A program made the position numbers and the translations under genes. Shown piece by piece: positions 62,701 through 64,000 of a DNA stretch of 64,000 bases (positions are counted from its first letter, which is position 1; each line of letters starts with the position of its first letter). The stretch is taken from the NCBI RefSeq assembly GCF_947568905.1, contig NC_079171.1, positions 63,798,001 to 63,862,000 on the forward strand. The letters are read 5' to 3'. The stretch comes from Ostrea edulis (lineage: Eukaryota). The notes under the pieces were generated by a model. It saw only the letters and a list, made by a program, of their open reading frames with translations. It made no database searches and had not been told where the DNA came from.

Positions 62701-64000
62701 ACACACATGCATATATATGTAACCGGAACCAATCTGTTTGTATACCCACAGTGCTCCCTACCTATATCGAACTCTGCAGGGCCATCACAAACTTATAATC
62801 ATTTATTTTAGAATGTCACTAAATTCAATTCCAAATATATTCATAGGCCCATGAATTTAACACAAGCAGAGCACACTGCATATACAAAATAGTATAAATA
62901 CTATGAATGGTTCAAGATATTTGTCAACCCAGGTTCGTGTATTCTTGAACTATGTCCCTTATGAGACCAGAATTCTTGAATTAAAACACAAGTGTAAGAG
63001 TTAATTTACAATTTATTAACATATCAAAAGTTAATGTAATATAGGAATAACAACTGTGAACTTAGAAGAACTTAACAAGTGGAAATAATGAAAAATAACC
63101 TGAGAATAAGGGAAGGAGTAGACCCAAGAAAAACAAACTATATCTATAAAGTACATTAATGGACCTCCATACTCTTCAAAGTGATTCAGAACCTTCAAAA
63201 TAATGTCAAAAATATCCTACACTATCTCTCATGTAGCAATATGAATCTACTACCTATAAGTTATAAGTCCTATGTAGAGAGAATCGTATTTAACAAAATA
63301 AATAATATTTCCCTAGGTAAGAGATCTACTTCACCTTGAGCCAGACTTTAAGGTTGGGTTTCAATATCAAAAAGAATTTAATTCATTGTCAAAACGGGAC
63401 AGTAATAGAAATTTAGGCGAGAAAATCGTGCAGCAAAAGCTCGCACAATGCCTAGCTAATATTAGTAGGGAATAAGAAAAGTGGTCGAACCTGGAGATTC
63501 TTTACCACAACCTAAAAGTAAAGTTAAACAAGCCGCGTTTACGTTTTTATATCCCCTTTAACCAATCAAACTCGACTTCACAATACCCTGCCCAACAAGT
63601 GAAACATGAAATCTGAAACGTTTAAAGCTAAGACCCTTGACCAATCAGAAACGTTGTTTATAAATAACTTCGAGAGAACTGTCAAAATGGAGGACCTTTT
63701 CCTGTCCAAATACACGTGCTTTCTCAAACCAAAATAAATGTGGAAATATTCGAACACAGGAAAGCAAACTCCTATGTGACGCACCACAATATACAGATTT
63801 GTATATTGTGAGTCCGCGATTATCACGTAGACAAATTACACTAAAGAAGTAGTTCGCAGTTAAAAGTCTGAAGATATTAATATTAAAAGCATTAATATAA
63901 AAGTATGGATTTTATTTTAAACATAAAATGATCAAAAGATCATTAAAAAGTAGGGATACTTTGTTCAAATTATTGTGTAAAGTAATGAATTTGATGTTTA

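Overview
AT-rich eukaryotic genomic DNA, most likely an oyster (Ostreidae; inferred from the repeat families). Three spliced minus-strand genes were reconstructed by hand with consistent intron phases. (1) A MIF4G-domain protein of the MIF4GD/CTIF family (CDS exons from 7847 down to 326, running off the window, with one GC-AG intron). (2) An LHFPL-family tetraspan protein, LHFPL2-like (13251-16508). (3) An NR1F nuclear receptor, HR3/ROR (11 coding exons, 29996-46158; start exon not located). Introns and intergenic DNA contain about 35 minisatellite arrays, Penelope-like RT fragments, tRNA-derived SINEs, an L2 fragment, Helentron-type elements and several MITE families. Almost all long ORFs in the supplied track are tandem-repeat artefacts. 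The main observation is that many tandem arrays are copies of real exon-intron junctions. At least 8 of the 21 identified HR3 splice sites, plus one confirmed and one probable LHFPL2 donor, are duplicated into arrays of decoy donors or acceptors. Two of these arrays are in frame and could supply 27- or 30-nt micro-exons. Transposon termini are tandemly amplified in the same way. Copy numbers are manual estimates.
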